Positions 1 to 7,931 of a stretch of DNA of 64,000 nucleotides are shown here, piece by piece. The translations under genes were made by a program, and so were the position numbers. The notes below the pieces were generated by a model that ran no database searches, was not told where the DNA came from, and worked only from the letters and a program-made list of their open reading frames with translations. Numbering within the stretch: the first letter of the stretch is position 1; each line of letters begins with the position of its first letter. This stretch comes from Mollicutes bacterium Phil14 (GTDB taxonomy: Bacteria; Bacillota_I; Bacilli_A; ML615J-28; CAG-698). The stretch is taken from positions 2,215 through 66,214 of the forward strand of contig MSHB01000026.1 of NCBI GenBank assembly GCA_001940985.1, read 5' to 3'.

Positions 1-131
1 ATTAAACATCCTATCTCACCATCTTCTTTACTTACTACTGGATATACTCCACAAATAGCTGTCTCAGCTGCTATCTTAAGATCTTCTTCTATATTTTTAC
101 TTTCTTCAGTAAAGTATCCATCGTTCTTCAT
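1..131 (-). CDS. hypothetical protein, N-terminal part only (runs off left edge)
   Basis: ATG at 131-129 and open to the window edge: MKNDGYFTEESKNIEEDLKIAAETAICGVYPVVSKEDGEIG... Below the track size cutoff. Confidence 0.3.
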   Translation of the reverse strand, partial: MKNDGYFTEESKNIEEDLKIAAETAICGVYPVVSKEDGEIGCL

Positions 132-216
132 AAAGTAAAAGTAATTTAATAGTTCTTTAGGATTTTTGTTAGTAATATCTACTATAAATAGAGTACTAGG
201 ATATATATTAGTATAC

Positions 217-1095
217 TTAAATATTTTTATATCTTTCATTAAATTCTTCATGTAAAGGATGAGCTAACTTATAAGCATCAGGATGAGCTGCTTTACTATC
301 TCTAAGTTCAAAGAAATGATCCCAATCTGATAAGAATCCTGTCATTACTAATTCTGTTTTTAAACAGTTAGGTAGCATTGCTCTAGCTTCTTGTGGTTTA
401 AAATCTTGTTTGATCATACTAATATAGTAACCTTCAGCTTCTTTTAAATACATCTGAAAATCTACTTCTTTATCATTCTGAGCACTTACTAAAGAACCAG
501 TCTGTTCTACTGACATATCTCTGCCAGTATACCAACTAGGTTTAATAAAGGTTAGTTCATTACCAAATTTATCTTTACTGTAATTGCAATATCTAGTAGA
601 TTCTTGAGCAAAACTGAATACTCTATGTCTTACAAATTCATGAGATACTCCTCTATCACAAGTAAACTTAACTGTTACTCTTTTCTCATGATATTCAGTA
701 GGTTCACATAAGAACTCTAAATCTTCTAAACAATTATTCTCTACTAGAACTCTAAAATTAGTAGTTATACACCATGCACATACTTTATCTCCAAATTTAT
801 CAGTGAAGATAAAATCATTACATGGAGTTACTTTTGAATATGGATTAGTATTATAATTATTTATTGCATCTGGAGCATAAGTAGTCATTGGTATAGCTAA
901 ATATATAGTACCATGTTCTAACATAGCATGATGACCACTATTAATCATTCTATCAACAAACTCCTTAGCTGAAGTATCAGTAATCTTATCCTCAGATTTA
1001 TAACAAGTTCTACCAGCTCTTTCAATAGCTTTGTATATACCTTCTAAGCCTGGTTCTTGTTCAATAATCTCGTATGATGATTCAATTAGTTTCAT
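217..1095 (-). CDS. thyX: flavin-dependent thymidylate synthase ThyX
   Basis: 292-aa ORF carrying the ThyX signature RHRxxSxxxxSxR (RHRVFSFAQESTRY). TAA stop. Confidence 0.9.
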   Translation of the reverse strand: MKLIESSYEIIEQEPGLEGIYKAIERAGRTCYKSEDKITDTSAKEFVDRMINSGHHAMLEHGTIYLAIPMTTYAPDAINNYNTNPYSKVTPCNDFIFTDKFGDKVCAWCITTNFRVLVENNCLEDLEFLCEPTEYHEKRVTVKFTCDRGVSHEFVRHRVFSFAQESTRYCNYSKDKFGNELTFIKPSWYTGRDMSVEQTGSLVSAQNDKEVDFQMYLKEAEGYYISMIKQDFKPQEARAMLPNCLKTELVMTGFLSDWDHFFELRDSKAAHPDAYKLAHPLHEEFNERYKNI

Positions 1096-1249
1096 TCTTA
1101 TATCTCTTTTTAAGTTTTATTTTAAATAAGTAAGCAAACATGATATCCTTATTATCATTATCATCAGCTATTACTGATTTAGCAAATTTAAAAGGACTAT
1201 TACAGATTACTTCTACTACTTGATAAGGTATGTTATATTTATTGGACAT
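1082..1249 (-). CDS. hypothetical small protein
   Basis: Track ORF 1082..1288 trimmed to the internal ATG (MSNKYNIPYQ...), which overlaps the upstream stop. Confidence 0.4.
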   Translation of the reverse strand: MSNKYNIPYQVVEVICNSPFKFAKSVIADDNDNKDIMFAYLFKIKLKKRYKNETN

Positions 1250-1571
1250 CTCTGTAAAGAAGGACACTCGCTTCTGTGGTTGGGGCATAGTATTTACTAT
1301 TTTCTACTTCTAATATAGACTTGTCAAAAGTATTAGGTCTTATAGCATTTATGATTACAGTATTAGATTCATTACTGTCTTCACAAAGTAAGAGCATTTC
1401 TCTTAACTTATCTAGTTCTTGTTTTGAGTACTTTTTCTTAGGAGCATAAATTGTATTCTCAAATATCGGCTCACCTTTAAAGTAACGAATAAATCGTTTC
1501 CAAAATGTGAAGAAGTTTGTAACTACAATTTCACCATTCCAAGAAATAGTACAAAATTTTTTATTCTTCAT
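1239..1571 (-). CDS. hypothetical protein
   Basis: 110-aa track ORF, tightly packed with its neighbours. No motif recognised. Confidence 0.5.
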   Translation of the reverse strand: MKNKKFCTISWNGEIVVTNFFTFWKRFIRYFKGEPIFENTIYAPKKKYSKQELDKLREMLLLCEDSNESNTVIINAIRPNTFDKSILEVENSKYYAPTTEASVLLYRDVQ

Positions 1572-1932
1572 TAACTTTTAGTATTATACTAATTTGTACT
1601 CGATCTTTAATTAGTTCAGGAATTAATATCTTGTTTACTAACCATTGACCATCTATTTTACCTTTTACTAAGAATCCTAAATCTTTAAATTTACTGAAGT
1701 ATCTGCTTAAATTATCAGGAGTAATACCAGTCTTACTAGTAAGGTATTTGCGGTTCTCTGCACTAATCACATTTTCGTGATATCCTTCTAAGTTAGGTTT
1801 ATTTACTTGTAACTCTATTAAGCAAGATAACAGTTCTAATTCTCTATTAGGTAACTAGATAATTCCATTTAAAGCTTTTAAGAACTCAAAGTAAAGATCT
1901 TTTTTGCTACAGGTCTTAACTAGTTTATTCAT
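1561..1932 (-). CDS. putative winged-helix DNA-binding protein with one in-frame TAG
   Basis: Track ORF 1561..1770 (GTG start) extends in frame through TAG 1855-1857 to ATG 1932-1930. That ATG overlaps the upstream stop (ATGAATAA). Product: MNKLVKTCSKKDLYFEFLKALNGIIqLPNRELELLSCLIELQ... Confidence 0.6.
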
Positions 1933-2329
1933 TAAGTAAATTGTCTATAGTATCTAAAATTTTATTCATATTAAAGTAAACTGTATCCGCTTCTGTTTTA
2001 ATACATGCTGGTACGTTACCTTCATTATATTCTTCAGTCAATGATTTGTGATCTTCAGCGTATTGTTCTTTTAACTGATGAATTGTATCACTAATCTTAT
2101 TGATCTTATTTAGGAGTTCTTCTTCTCTAAGTGACGGTTGAACAATTTCTGTAACAAAGCCTGCATCAACCAGAGTATCCATAATAGAGGGAGAAACAGA
2201 CATATAACGAGCGCAATACATGTCGTTACAGTTAGAGTCCACATCCAGGACGAAATTTTCATCTTCTTCATTAAATAGTTCTCCTTTATTGGCGCAACCA
2301 AATTCTTTAATAACTTTAAACTGTTTCAT
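1925..2329 (-). CDS. hypothetical acidic protein
   Basis: 134-aa track ORF. The antisense ORF 2110..2301 is judged spurious. Confidence 0.55.
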   Translation of the reverse strand: MKQFKVIKEFGCANKGELFNEEDENFVLDVDSNCNDMYCARYMSVSPSIMDTLVDAGFVTEIVQPSLREEELLNKINKISDTIHQLKEQYAEDHKSLTEEYNEGNVPACIKTEADTVYFNMNKILDTIDNLLNE

Positions 2330-2410
2330 AATATATTATTTTGTTTGACTATATAAACGCATATTGCATAAATAGTTTCATTATTTAACATTAGTTAACT
2401 ACTAGACAAT

Positions 2411-2438
2411 AAAAAAGCCCCACTAAAAGTGGAGCTCC
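2411..2438 (-). terminator. rho-independent terminator
   Basis: Minus strand reads CTCCAC-TTTTA-GTGGGG followed by CTTTTTT. It sits just downstream of the 2461 stop. Confidence 0.65.
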
Positions 2439-2460
2439 TTATAATCTAATCAAATATAAA

Positions 2461-2835
2461 TTATTTCTTCTTTTCAACAGCAATTACATCATATGGTTTA
2501 ACTAACATACTGTCTTTGAATAAATCAAACTCTTTAGCAAACTTCTTAGGATAAATGATAGTATCTCCTAAATTTAAAGTAAGCTGATTAGCTTCAAGTA
2601 TCTTATCGTTAGGTAATGCTATAATTATACCTTTTGCTAGATCTGACTCTATCTCTTTACTGGTAGTTTGTGTATCATACTTTTCAAATCCTTCTTCATC
2701 CTTTTCACCAGTAGGTACTTGTTCTGTAATTTCTTTAATGATTTTAACAGCAGGTAAGGGTTTTACTAATATATCTTTTTTAAACTCATAAGGTAGACCT
2801 TCTACCACAGTATCTAATATTTTATCGTTTTCCAT
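2461..2835 (-). CDS. GroES/gp31-like co-chaperonin (tentative)
   Basis: 124 aa. The pattern DILVKP...(acidic loop)...AKGIIIALPND...LGDTIIYPK...MLVKPYDVIAV resembles the GroES fold order. Judged by eye only. Confidence 0.45.
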   Translation of the reverse strand: MENDKILDTVVEGLPYEFKKDILVKPLPAVKIIKEITEQVPTGEKDEEGFEKYDTQTTSKEIESDLAKGIIIALPNDKILEANQLTLNLGDTIIYPKKFAKEFDLFKDSMLVKPYDVIAVEKKK

Positions 2836-2850
2836 TTCTTTTTAAATTTA

Positions 2851-3054
2851 TTATTTATCGAGAGAGTTATATTTTCTAGCAAAGATTACATGATTGTTTT
2901 GGCATATATCTAACCTATCTTGATATTTATAACAATCTATTTTATTCATAAATGCACAACCTACGCAACTGCCTTTACTTAACTCCGGTACTGTTGTATA
3001 AGTTTTATTTTTAAATTTATATTCAATCTTAGAATTCTTGATATTCTTATTCAT
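2851..3054 (-). CDS. small Cys-rich protein
   Basis: 67-aa track ORF with CVGC...C...C spacing. Confidence 0.5.
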   Translation of the reverse strand: MNKNIKNSKIEYKFKNKTYTTVPELSKGSCVGCAFMNKIDCYKYQDRLDICQNNHVIFARKYNSLDK

Positions 3055-3190
3055 TACAAACTAGTTTATAGGTGGGGGAATCCCTTTTACTATAGACCGT
3101 AGAGGGATTAAACTACGTCTACACTACGGTTAGAACCCACAGTGAGCTAGCTTTGCAGCTAAGCCGGGGTGTCCTACGATCTCTTGTACT
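3055..3190 (-). other. structured RNA element (unclassified)
   Basis: Visibly less AT-rich patch. On the minus strand there is a GCAA (GNRA) capped hairpin (GCTTAGCT-GCAA-AGCTAGC), an 8-bp stem CACTGTGG/CCGTAGTG, and overlapping CGTAG/CTACG pairings. Confidence 0.3.
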
Positions 3191-3324
3191 TCGAGCTTAG
3201 TCTCTTCAAATTGAAGCTTATATTCTACTAGATAGTTATATATAATTTCATCATATACTAACCATATTGACATTATAATCATATAAGCTACTATTGCAAA
3301 CATCAAATAAAAATACCAAGGCAT
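3130..3324 (-). CDS. small membrane protein
   Basis: Track ORF with a hydrophobic N-terminus (MPWYFYLMFAIVAYMIIMSIWLV). Its C-terminal 20 codons overlap the structured element, so the true end is uncertain. Confidence 0.4.
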   Translation of the reverse strand: MPWYFYLMFAIVAYMIIMSIWLVYDEIIYNYLVEYKLQFEETKLEVQEIVGHPGLAAKLAHCGF

Positions 3325-3344
3325 ATTAAGCGTCTATTAACATT

Positions 3345-3482
3345 TTAACAATCGTATATCGAAAATCCATAATATCTAAACAGTCTAACTTCTTCTAATG
3401 TATACTTATCCTCTATACAGTTAGCTATATCTAATAAGATGTTAGGTTGTTCATTATAATTAATTAAATTAATCTTAACCAT
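3345..3482 (-). CDS. hypothetical small protein (45 aa)
   Basis: ATG 3482-3480 to TAA 3347-3345: MVKINLINYNEQPNILLDIANCIEDKYTLEEVRLFRYYGFSIYDC. Below the track cutoff. Confidence 0.3.
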   Translation of the reverse strand: MVKINLINYNEQPNILLDIANCIEDKYTLEEVRLFRYYGFSIYDC

Positions 3483-3601
3483 AGTAAGTCATTAGTAATT
3501 CTAAAGTAATAGGACTAACATCATCAGTTTGACTTAATATATAATCTATATCATTCATAATCCGAGTAATAAGTAAGACAAGTAGTATTAGTATTAATCA
3601 G

Positions 3602-3655
3602 TATATATCGATATATATCAGTTATACTGTATTAAACTGTATTGACTGATACAGT
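3602..3655. promoter_or_regulatory. palindrome plus ACTGTA repeats in the divergent control region (operator or origin candidate)
   Basis: Perfect 16-bp palindrome TATATATCGATATATA at 3602-3617. ACTGTATT occurs at 3626-3633 and 3636-3643 (10-bp phasing). Inverted ACTGATACAGT at 3645-3655. A very AT-rich tract follows at 3700-3770. Confidence 0.4.
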
Positions 3656-3954
3656 AACGAATAGAATTAAACTTTGTTTCTCTTTACTATAGTTTGTTAA
3701 CACTTTTTATAAAAATATATGTTTATTTAATAGCTAAAATAAAAAATTATATATTAAAAAATTGAAAGAAGAATCGTGAGCGTGTGGATCTGTACTCAAA
3801 TACGGCCCCCCTACTAAATGTCGACCGAAATACCCCGGTAGGTTGTTTCATCTTAAATTAATTATCATGAGCGATTTAATTACTCCTGAATGGCTGTTAA
3901 GTGATATCGATGATGAATACATCGATTCATGGTTCAATGTGTAAGTAGTCAATT

Positions 3955-4161
3955 ATGGCTACTTACTTTACTTTGTTTGTTCAACTTAAATCATATTATA
4001 TGAAAGTACTATTATCTATCTTGTTTATTATCATATCAGCAGCTAGTCTAGTACTAGCAGTAGCTACTCATAACAGGTATGCTGCAGCAGTCTATATGAC
4101 TCTATTTGCATTCAGTGCATTATGTGTATACGGTATTAATGAATCGGTTAGTAAGCAATAA
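3955..4161 (+). CDS. small membrane protein
   Basis: 68-aa track ORF with two hydrophobic helices. Confidence 0.5.
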   Translation: MATYFTLFVQLKSYYMKVLLSILFIIISAASLVLAVATHNRYAAAVYMTLFAFSALCVYGINESVSKQ

Positions 4162-4355
4162 GCTTGCTAATCGTTTCCATTACTGCTGCCACAAATACAG
4201 TTCTACTGCTAAATAAAGAGTAAGAGTAGTTCTACTTCTGTTAGTAGGTAATAAATGAAGTTTTAGGATAGATGCTGAATCGAGTCCTATTACCCTACTC
4301 TTACTCATCTTTATATTTATTTATGATTTATTAACAGTAAAAAATATTTACAATT

Positions 4356-4607
4356 ATGAAAGAAGAACAACCTACTCAAAACTCTATTCCAGCTGATGTA
4401 CAATTTCCTGTAGATTATCATGAAAACATCAGTATGTTAATAGATATGTTTTTCAAACTAGATGAAAAGGTTTCATCTGGAGAGATGGATATATCTATAT
4501 CTATGGAAGTAATAGCAGAATTACGTAGTCAATTAGACTATGTACAGTGTCTTTATAAGAAAAGAGGTGCTTATATTAATAGGCAATTACCATTAAAAGA
4601 TGATTAA
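4356..4607 (+). CDS. hypothetical protein
   Basis: 83-aa track ORF. TAA stop. Confidence 0.5.
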   Translation: MKEEQPTQNSIPADVQFPVDYHENISMLIDMFFKLDEKVSSGEMDISISMEVIAELRSQLDYVQCLYKKRGAYINRQLPLKDD

Positions 4608-4609
4608 TT

Positions 4610-4699
4610 ATGGGAGACTATGTATTAAAACAGAATGTTGCAATGATATTAATATACTTTGTTATATTTGTAATTGCATATGCTAGTACTAATCGTTAA
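4610..4699 (+). CDS. tiny membrane peptide (29 aa)
   Basis: MGDYVLKQNVAMILIYFVIFVIAYASTNR, starting 2 nt after the upstream stop. Confidence 0.3.
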   Translation: MGDYVLKQNVAMILIYFVIFVIAYASTNR

Positions 4700-5313
4700 T
4701 GAATAGTAAATAATCTTTACAGATTATGGGGCCAGAAAGGCCTCAGCCAACGCCACAAATACAGCCCTTCTTCAAAATAATGCGATATAAAGAAATTTAT
4801 ATTGTATTATATATTGAGTGTGAGATGTGAAGATTTTATGATATCACTTCTTTTCCATCAATACGTTATCATTACTGTCACTGGCGATTTACGTATTTAC
4901 TCAATATATAGCTAAATTTATCCATCTGAGGTTGAGAGTTTGCGAAGTACTAGCACATCAAAGATGGATAAATATTTATATGAACAAACATTTATAAGTT
5001 AAACCAAACTTCGCAATTCGGTAAAATGCTATTCCGAAGATTACAGAGTGCAAACTGTAATACAATGCAAAATACAGATAATAGGAATTAACGGCTTAGC
5101 GATTAATTATTTGCACCGTATTATCTGCGTATGTAAAATGAATGAGTGCCAACTCCAAGGATAGGTAGAACTAATAGAACTAAGCACTATTAGAAAGGCT
5201 TCTATCTATTCTTGTAATATTAATGTAGCCAGCTTTATGCTGAGAGTCCAAAGCCTCTATAAATACAGATAGATATTATCATCACGTTTACTAATCATCT
5301 AAATTTAGAAAAT
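4700..5313 (+). ncRNA. structured RNA or long structured leader (unclassified)
   Basis: No ORF; stops in all frames. Nested stems: 4917-4927/4962-4972 (11 bp), and 5160-5170/5200-5210 (11 bp with 2 G:U pairs valid only on the plus strand) enclosing 5171-5177/5187-5193. Also a CAGATAATA/TATTATCTG stem. Confidence 0.4.
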
Positions 5314-5961
5314 ATGGCAAAATTCGAATTATGCAACCCAGAAATTAAAAAAGTTGCAAAAGGAAACAACGCAGGTAAAGAGTATTTAACTGGTACATTA
5401 TTAAACACATTGGCAATATTAGACAGACCAACAACTCATGTAGAGTTCAATGACCGTCTAGTAGAAATGTACAAACCATTTATTTCAGCAGCAAAAGGTG
5501 GAACTGCTGAAACAGACCAAGAATTACCAGAAAGATTACGATACATAACTGCACACAGAGTAAATTGGCAACCACCTAAAGAGTCAATACCATTCAACCG
5601 CATCTATCTTACAGATGTAACAGATGGTACAGGAAAAACTCATAAAGCCGGAGATACAATTTGCGACCGTAACGGTAACCCAAGGTTATACGAGTCAATA
5701 GTAGTATTCTGTAAGTACTTCAGAGACCCTGATTTTCCAGACAAAGTATCCTATTATGCAGGAGATGAGCCAGACCAAAAAGGTCAAGCTTATTTCGGTT
5801 CATTCTGTATCAAAGCTACCTTACCCAAAACAACAGTTAGCGATGAAGATGAAGGAGCTTACAAAGCACCAACATCAACAACTTCAACTAAAGAAGAGAA
5901 ACCAGCTCTTCCAGACGGTTGGAGATACAATGAACAAGGAATACCAGAACCTATCGCTTAA
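5314..5961 (+). CDS. hypothetical protein
   Basis: 215-aa track ORF with visibly higher GC than its neighbours and a Ser/Thr/Glu-rich C-terminus. No motif recognised. Confidence 0.7.
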   Translation: MAKFELCNPEIKKVAKGNNAGKEYLTGTLLNTLAILDRPTTHVEFNDRLVEMYKPFISAAKGGTAETDQELPERLRYITAHRVNWQPPKESIPFNRIYLTDVTDGTGKTHKAGDTICDRNGNPRLYESIVVFCKYFRDPDFPDKVSYYAGDEPDQKGQAYFGSFCIKATLPKTTVSDEDEGAYKAPTSTTSTKEEKPALPDGWRYNEQGIPEPIA

Positions 5962-6033
5962 TTAATAAGTCCTAGCATTAGCTAGGATTTATTATGTATT
6001 AACTCAAATATCAGATAAATAAGACTGAAAATT

Positions 6034-6258
6034 ATGGAAAAAGAAACTACTCAAACAATAACCAACAACAATGAAATTTGTCAAGGATTATTCGATAATT
6101 TGGATAGTCAAATACTATTATTAAAAGAACTAGATGGATTTTTAAAATCAAGAAAACTACAATCCGGTGAAGCAGCAATATGTATAACACATGCGATAAT
6201 GCATACTGCCGAAACTTTAGCTAATTATTATGATGTAACATATCCTAAGAACATCTAA
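6034..6258 (+). CDS. hypothetical protein
   Basis: 74-aa track ORF. Confidence 0.5.
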   Translation: MEKETTQTITNNNEICQGLFDNLDSQILLLKELDGFLKSRKLQSGEAAICITHAIMHTAETLANYYDVTYPKNI

Positions 6259-6260
6259 TC

Positions 6261-6434
6261 ATGAACAACGTACTAGCATGGATACTTGTAATGATTTCTT
6301 TATCATTAGGTATAGTATTCGCATCTCAAATTAACTGGACATATATGCATGGACTAGCTTCATTATGTTTCTGGTTTATATGCGTATCATTACTTCTTTA
6401 TATCAAAAAACATTCAAAAGATGAAGACGAATAA
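6261..6434 (+). CDS. small membrane protein (57 aa)
   Basis: MNNVLAWILVMISLSLGIVFASQINWTYMHGLASLCFWFICVSLLLYIKKHSKDEDE. Overlaps the next start. Confidence 0.45.
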   Translation: MNNVLAWILVMISLSLGIVFASQINWTYMHGLASLCFWFICVSLLLYIKKHSKDEDE

Positions 6435-6618
6435 AGAATTAATACAGAAAATAAGTTATTGGTGTTTATTAGTATTCTTATCATTAGCTGAATCATCAAT
6501 ACTAATAATGATATACAAAGATACTATAGAGTTAAAACCATCTATGGTATTAGCAGATAGTATATTTGGAGCAGTAATAGCGGGATTAACTTACTTCATA
6601 GTAACAAGAGATGAATAA
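6421..6618 (+). CDS. small membrane protein
   Basis: 65-aa track ORF with two hydrophobic segments. Confidence 0.5.
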   Translation: MKTNKELIQKISYWCLLVFLSLAESSILIMIYKDTIELKPSMVLADSIFGAVIAGLTYFIVTRDE

Positions 6619-6781
6619 TAAATATATCAGATTAAAGTTACTTATCACAGCGATAATGACTATAATATTTATTATTATGGCAATAATAATATTACATAAA
6701 GAACCTTTACCAAATATATTATCTATTATTGCAATAATAGTATCTATTCACAATTTAATAATATTTATGATAACTACTTAA
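6611..6781 (+). CDS. small membrane protein (56 aa)
   Basis: MNNKYIRLKLLITAIMTIIFIIMAIIILHKEPLPNILSIIAIIVSIHNLIIFMITT. Overlaps the upstream stop. Confidence 0.45.
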   Translation: MNNKYIRLKLLITAIMTIIFIIMAIIILHKEPLPNILSIIAIIVSIHNLIIFMITT

Positions 6782-6897
6782 ACCATATCAAAATGGCAAG
6801 AACAAAAACAAAAATAAAAGCAATTAAGATTGCAATTTGCAACTGTAACAAGTTGTATTTTTTAAATTTAAAGTAAAGAACTATTAAATTTAACAAT

Positions 6898-7119
6898 ATG
6901 TTAGAAAAATTACCAAAACAATTACATCAGTATTTAAGACTGACTTATTCTCTTTATAAACAAGATTGTTTAACAATAGATACTGTAACCTCGACTATAG
7001 ATGATATAGTTGTTCTTAACTATGATGTTGATAACTATTGTGAAACAACTAGTGTTATACAAAAAGAATTAGAAGAGAACTATAACCGAGCTACTGATTG
7101 GCGAATCATAGAAGAATAG
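6898..7119 (+). CDS. hypothetical protein
   Basis: 73-aa track ORF. It ends at TAG, so the real C-terminus is uncertain. Confidence 0.5.
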   Translation: MLEKLPKQLHQYLRLTYSLYKQDCLTIDTVTSTIDDIVVLNYDVDNYCETTSVIQKELEENYNRATDWRIIEE

Positions 7120-7317
7120 TTATAGGATTTTTGTTAGCTTATTCCTATAACAGTTCATTTACTGTTAATGGTATTCATGGTATCAATGTGTGTTAGAGTT
7201 TTGTTTTGTCTCATTTTACTAATTGTGCAAAAGAACGACTTTCTGAAAGCTAACATAATACAACTGTATGTGAATATCGTTGTATTAAACTTTTAATAAC
7301 TTTAATTCATAATCAAT

Positions 7318-7911
7318 ATGGCATTAAAAAAAGAAAAGAAACAAGAATTAGAAGAAAAACGTATTAGTCTTTCATTAGAAAAAGAACAATACGAAAAGTC
7401 TAGAAATATAGACTTAATACCAATTCTCAAAAAGATAAAACCTGGAACTATCTTATATTCTCCTATAATTGGTAGATGTAAAGTTACAGATATCAATAAT
7501 GATAATATCTTAATAACTAGTATTAATAATACTAGAGTATTTATTGTACTATTTAAAACAGGTCATCTAAAAGAAATAGCTATTAAATGCGGAGGTGAGC
7601 CACTTTTAAGGCCTAATGAAAATCCAGAAGTAACTTGGGAACAATTACTAGTGAAAAACAAAAGAGATTTAAATCTATTAACTCCAGTTATGTTTAAACA
7701 ACATTTTATTAATGAAGTAACTAATTTTGGTTATTATGCTGGACAAAATGCAGTCTATATAAGAATGCCAAATACTAATGAACACTCACTAACTAAACAT
7801 GTCTGTGATATAATAGTTCCTACTTGTAAATTTAACTTTAAAAATATGTCTTTTAATGCAGAAGACAATTATGGAAAAGCAGATCTTGGAATTGGAGAAT
7901 GTATTATGTAA
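7318..7911 (+). CDS. hypothetical protein
   Basis: 197-aa track ORF preceded by the conserved CATAATCAATATG leader. Confidence 0.65.
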   Translation: MALKKEKKQELEEKRISLSLEKEQYEKSRNIDLIPILKKIKPGTILYSPIIGRCKVTDINNDNILITSINNTRVFIVLFKTGHLKEIAIKCGGEPLLRPNENPEVTWEQLLVKNKRDLNLLTPVMFKQHFINEVTNFGYYAGQNAVYIRMPNTNEHSLTKHVCDIIVPTCKFNFKNMSFNAEDNYGKADLGIGECIM

Positions 7912-7931
7912 ATATGGGAGATTATTCTCCC

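Noticed and set aside
2110-2301. Antisense or overlapping short track ORFs. This one, plus 5756..5965, 7302..7496, 7789..8001, 10029..10292, 16088..16282, 16385..16576, 16719..16907, 20655..20837, 27136..27327, 28054..28293, 28690..28872, 29728..29955, 31120..31635, 38705..38902, 40369..40581, 49318..49521, 49948..50136, 52097..52345, 53210..53434, 55136..55375, 59378..59563, 59449..59643 and 63634..63870.
   Set aside because: Each lies inside, and antisense or out of frame to, a longer and better supported gene. The sequences are low-complexity or hydrophobic shadows typical of AT-rich DNA.
3125-3150. Minus-strand loop GUUCUAA as a candidate amber-suppressor anticodon loop
   Set aside because: With U33 placed conventionally the anticodon would be UCU, not CUA. 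The stem is 8 bp, and no acceptor, D or T arms can be drawn around it.
4218-4306. tRNA-like or tRNA gene
   Set aside because: The closing helix is 12 bp, there is no T-loop consensus, and no cloverleaf can be drawn. It is kept only as an unclassified hairpin.
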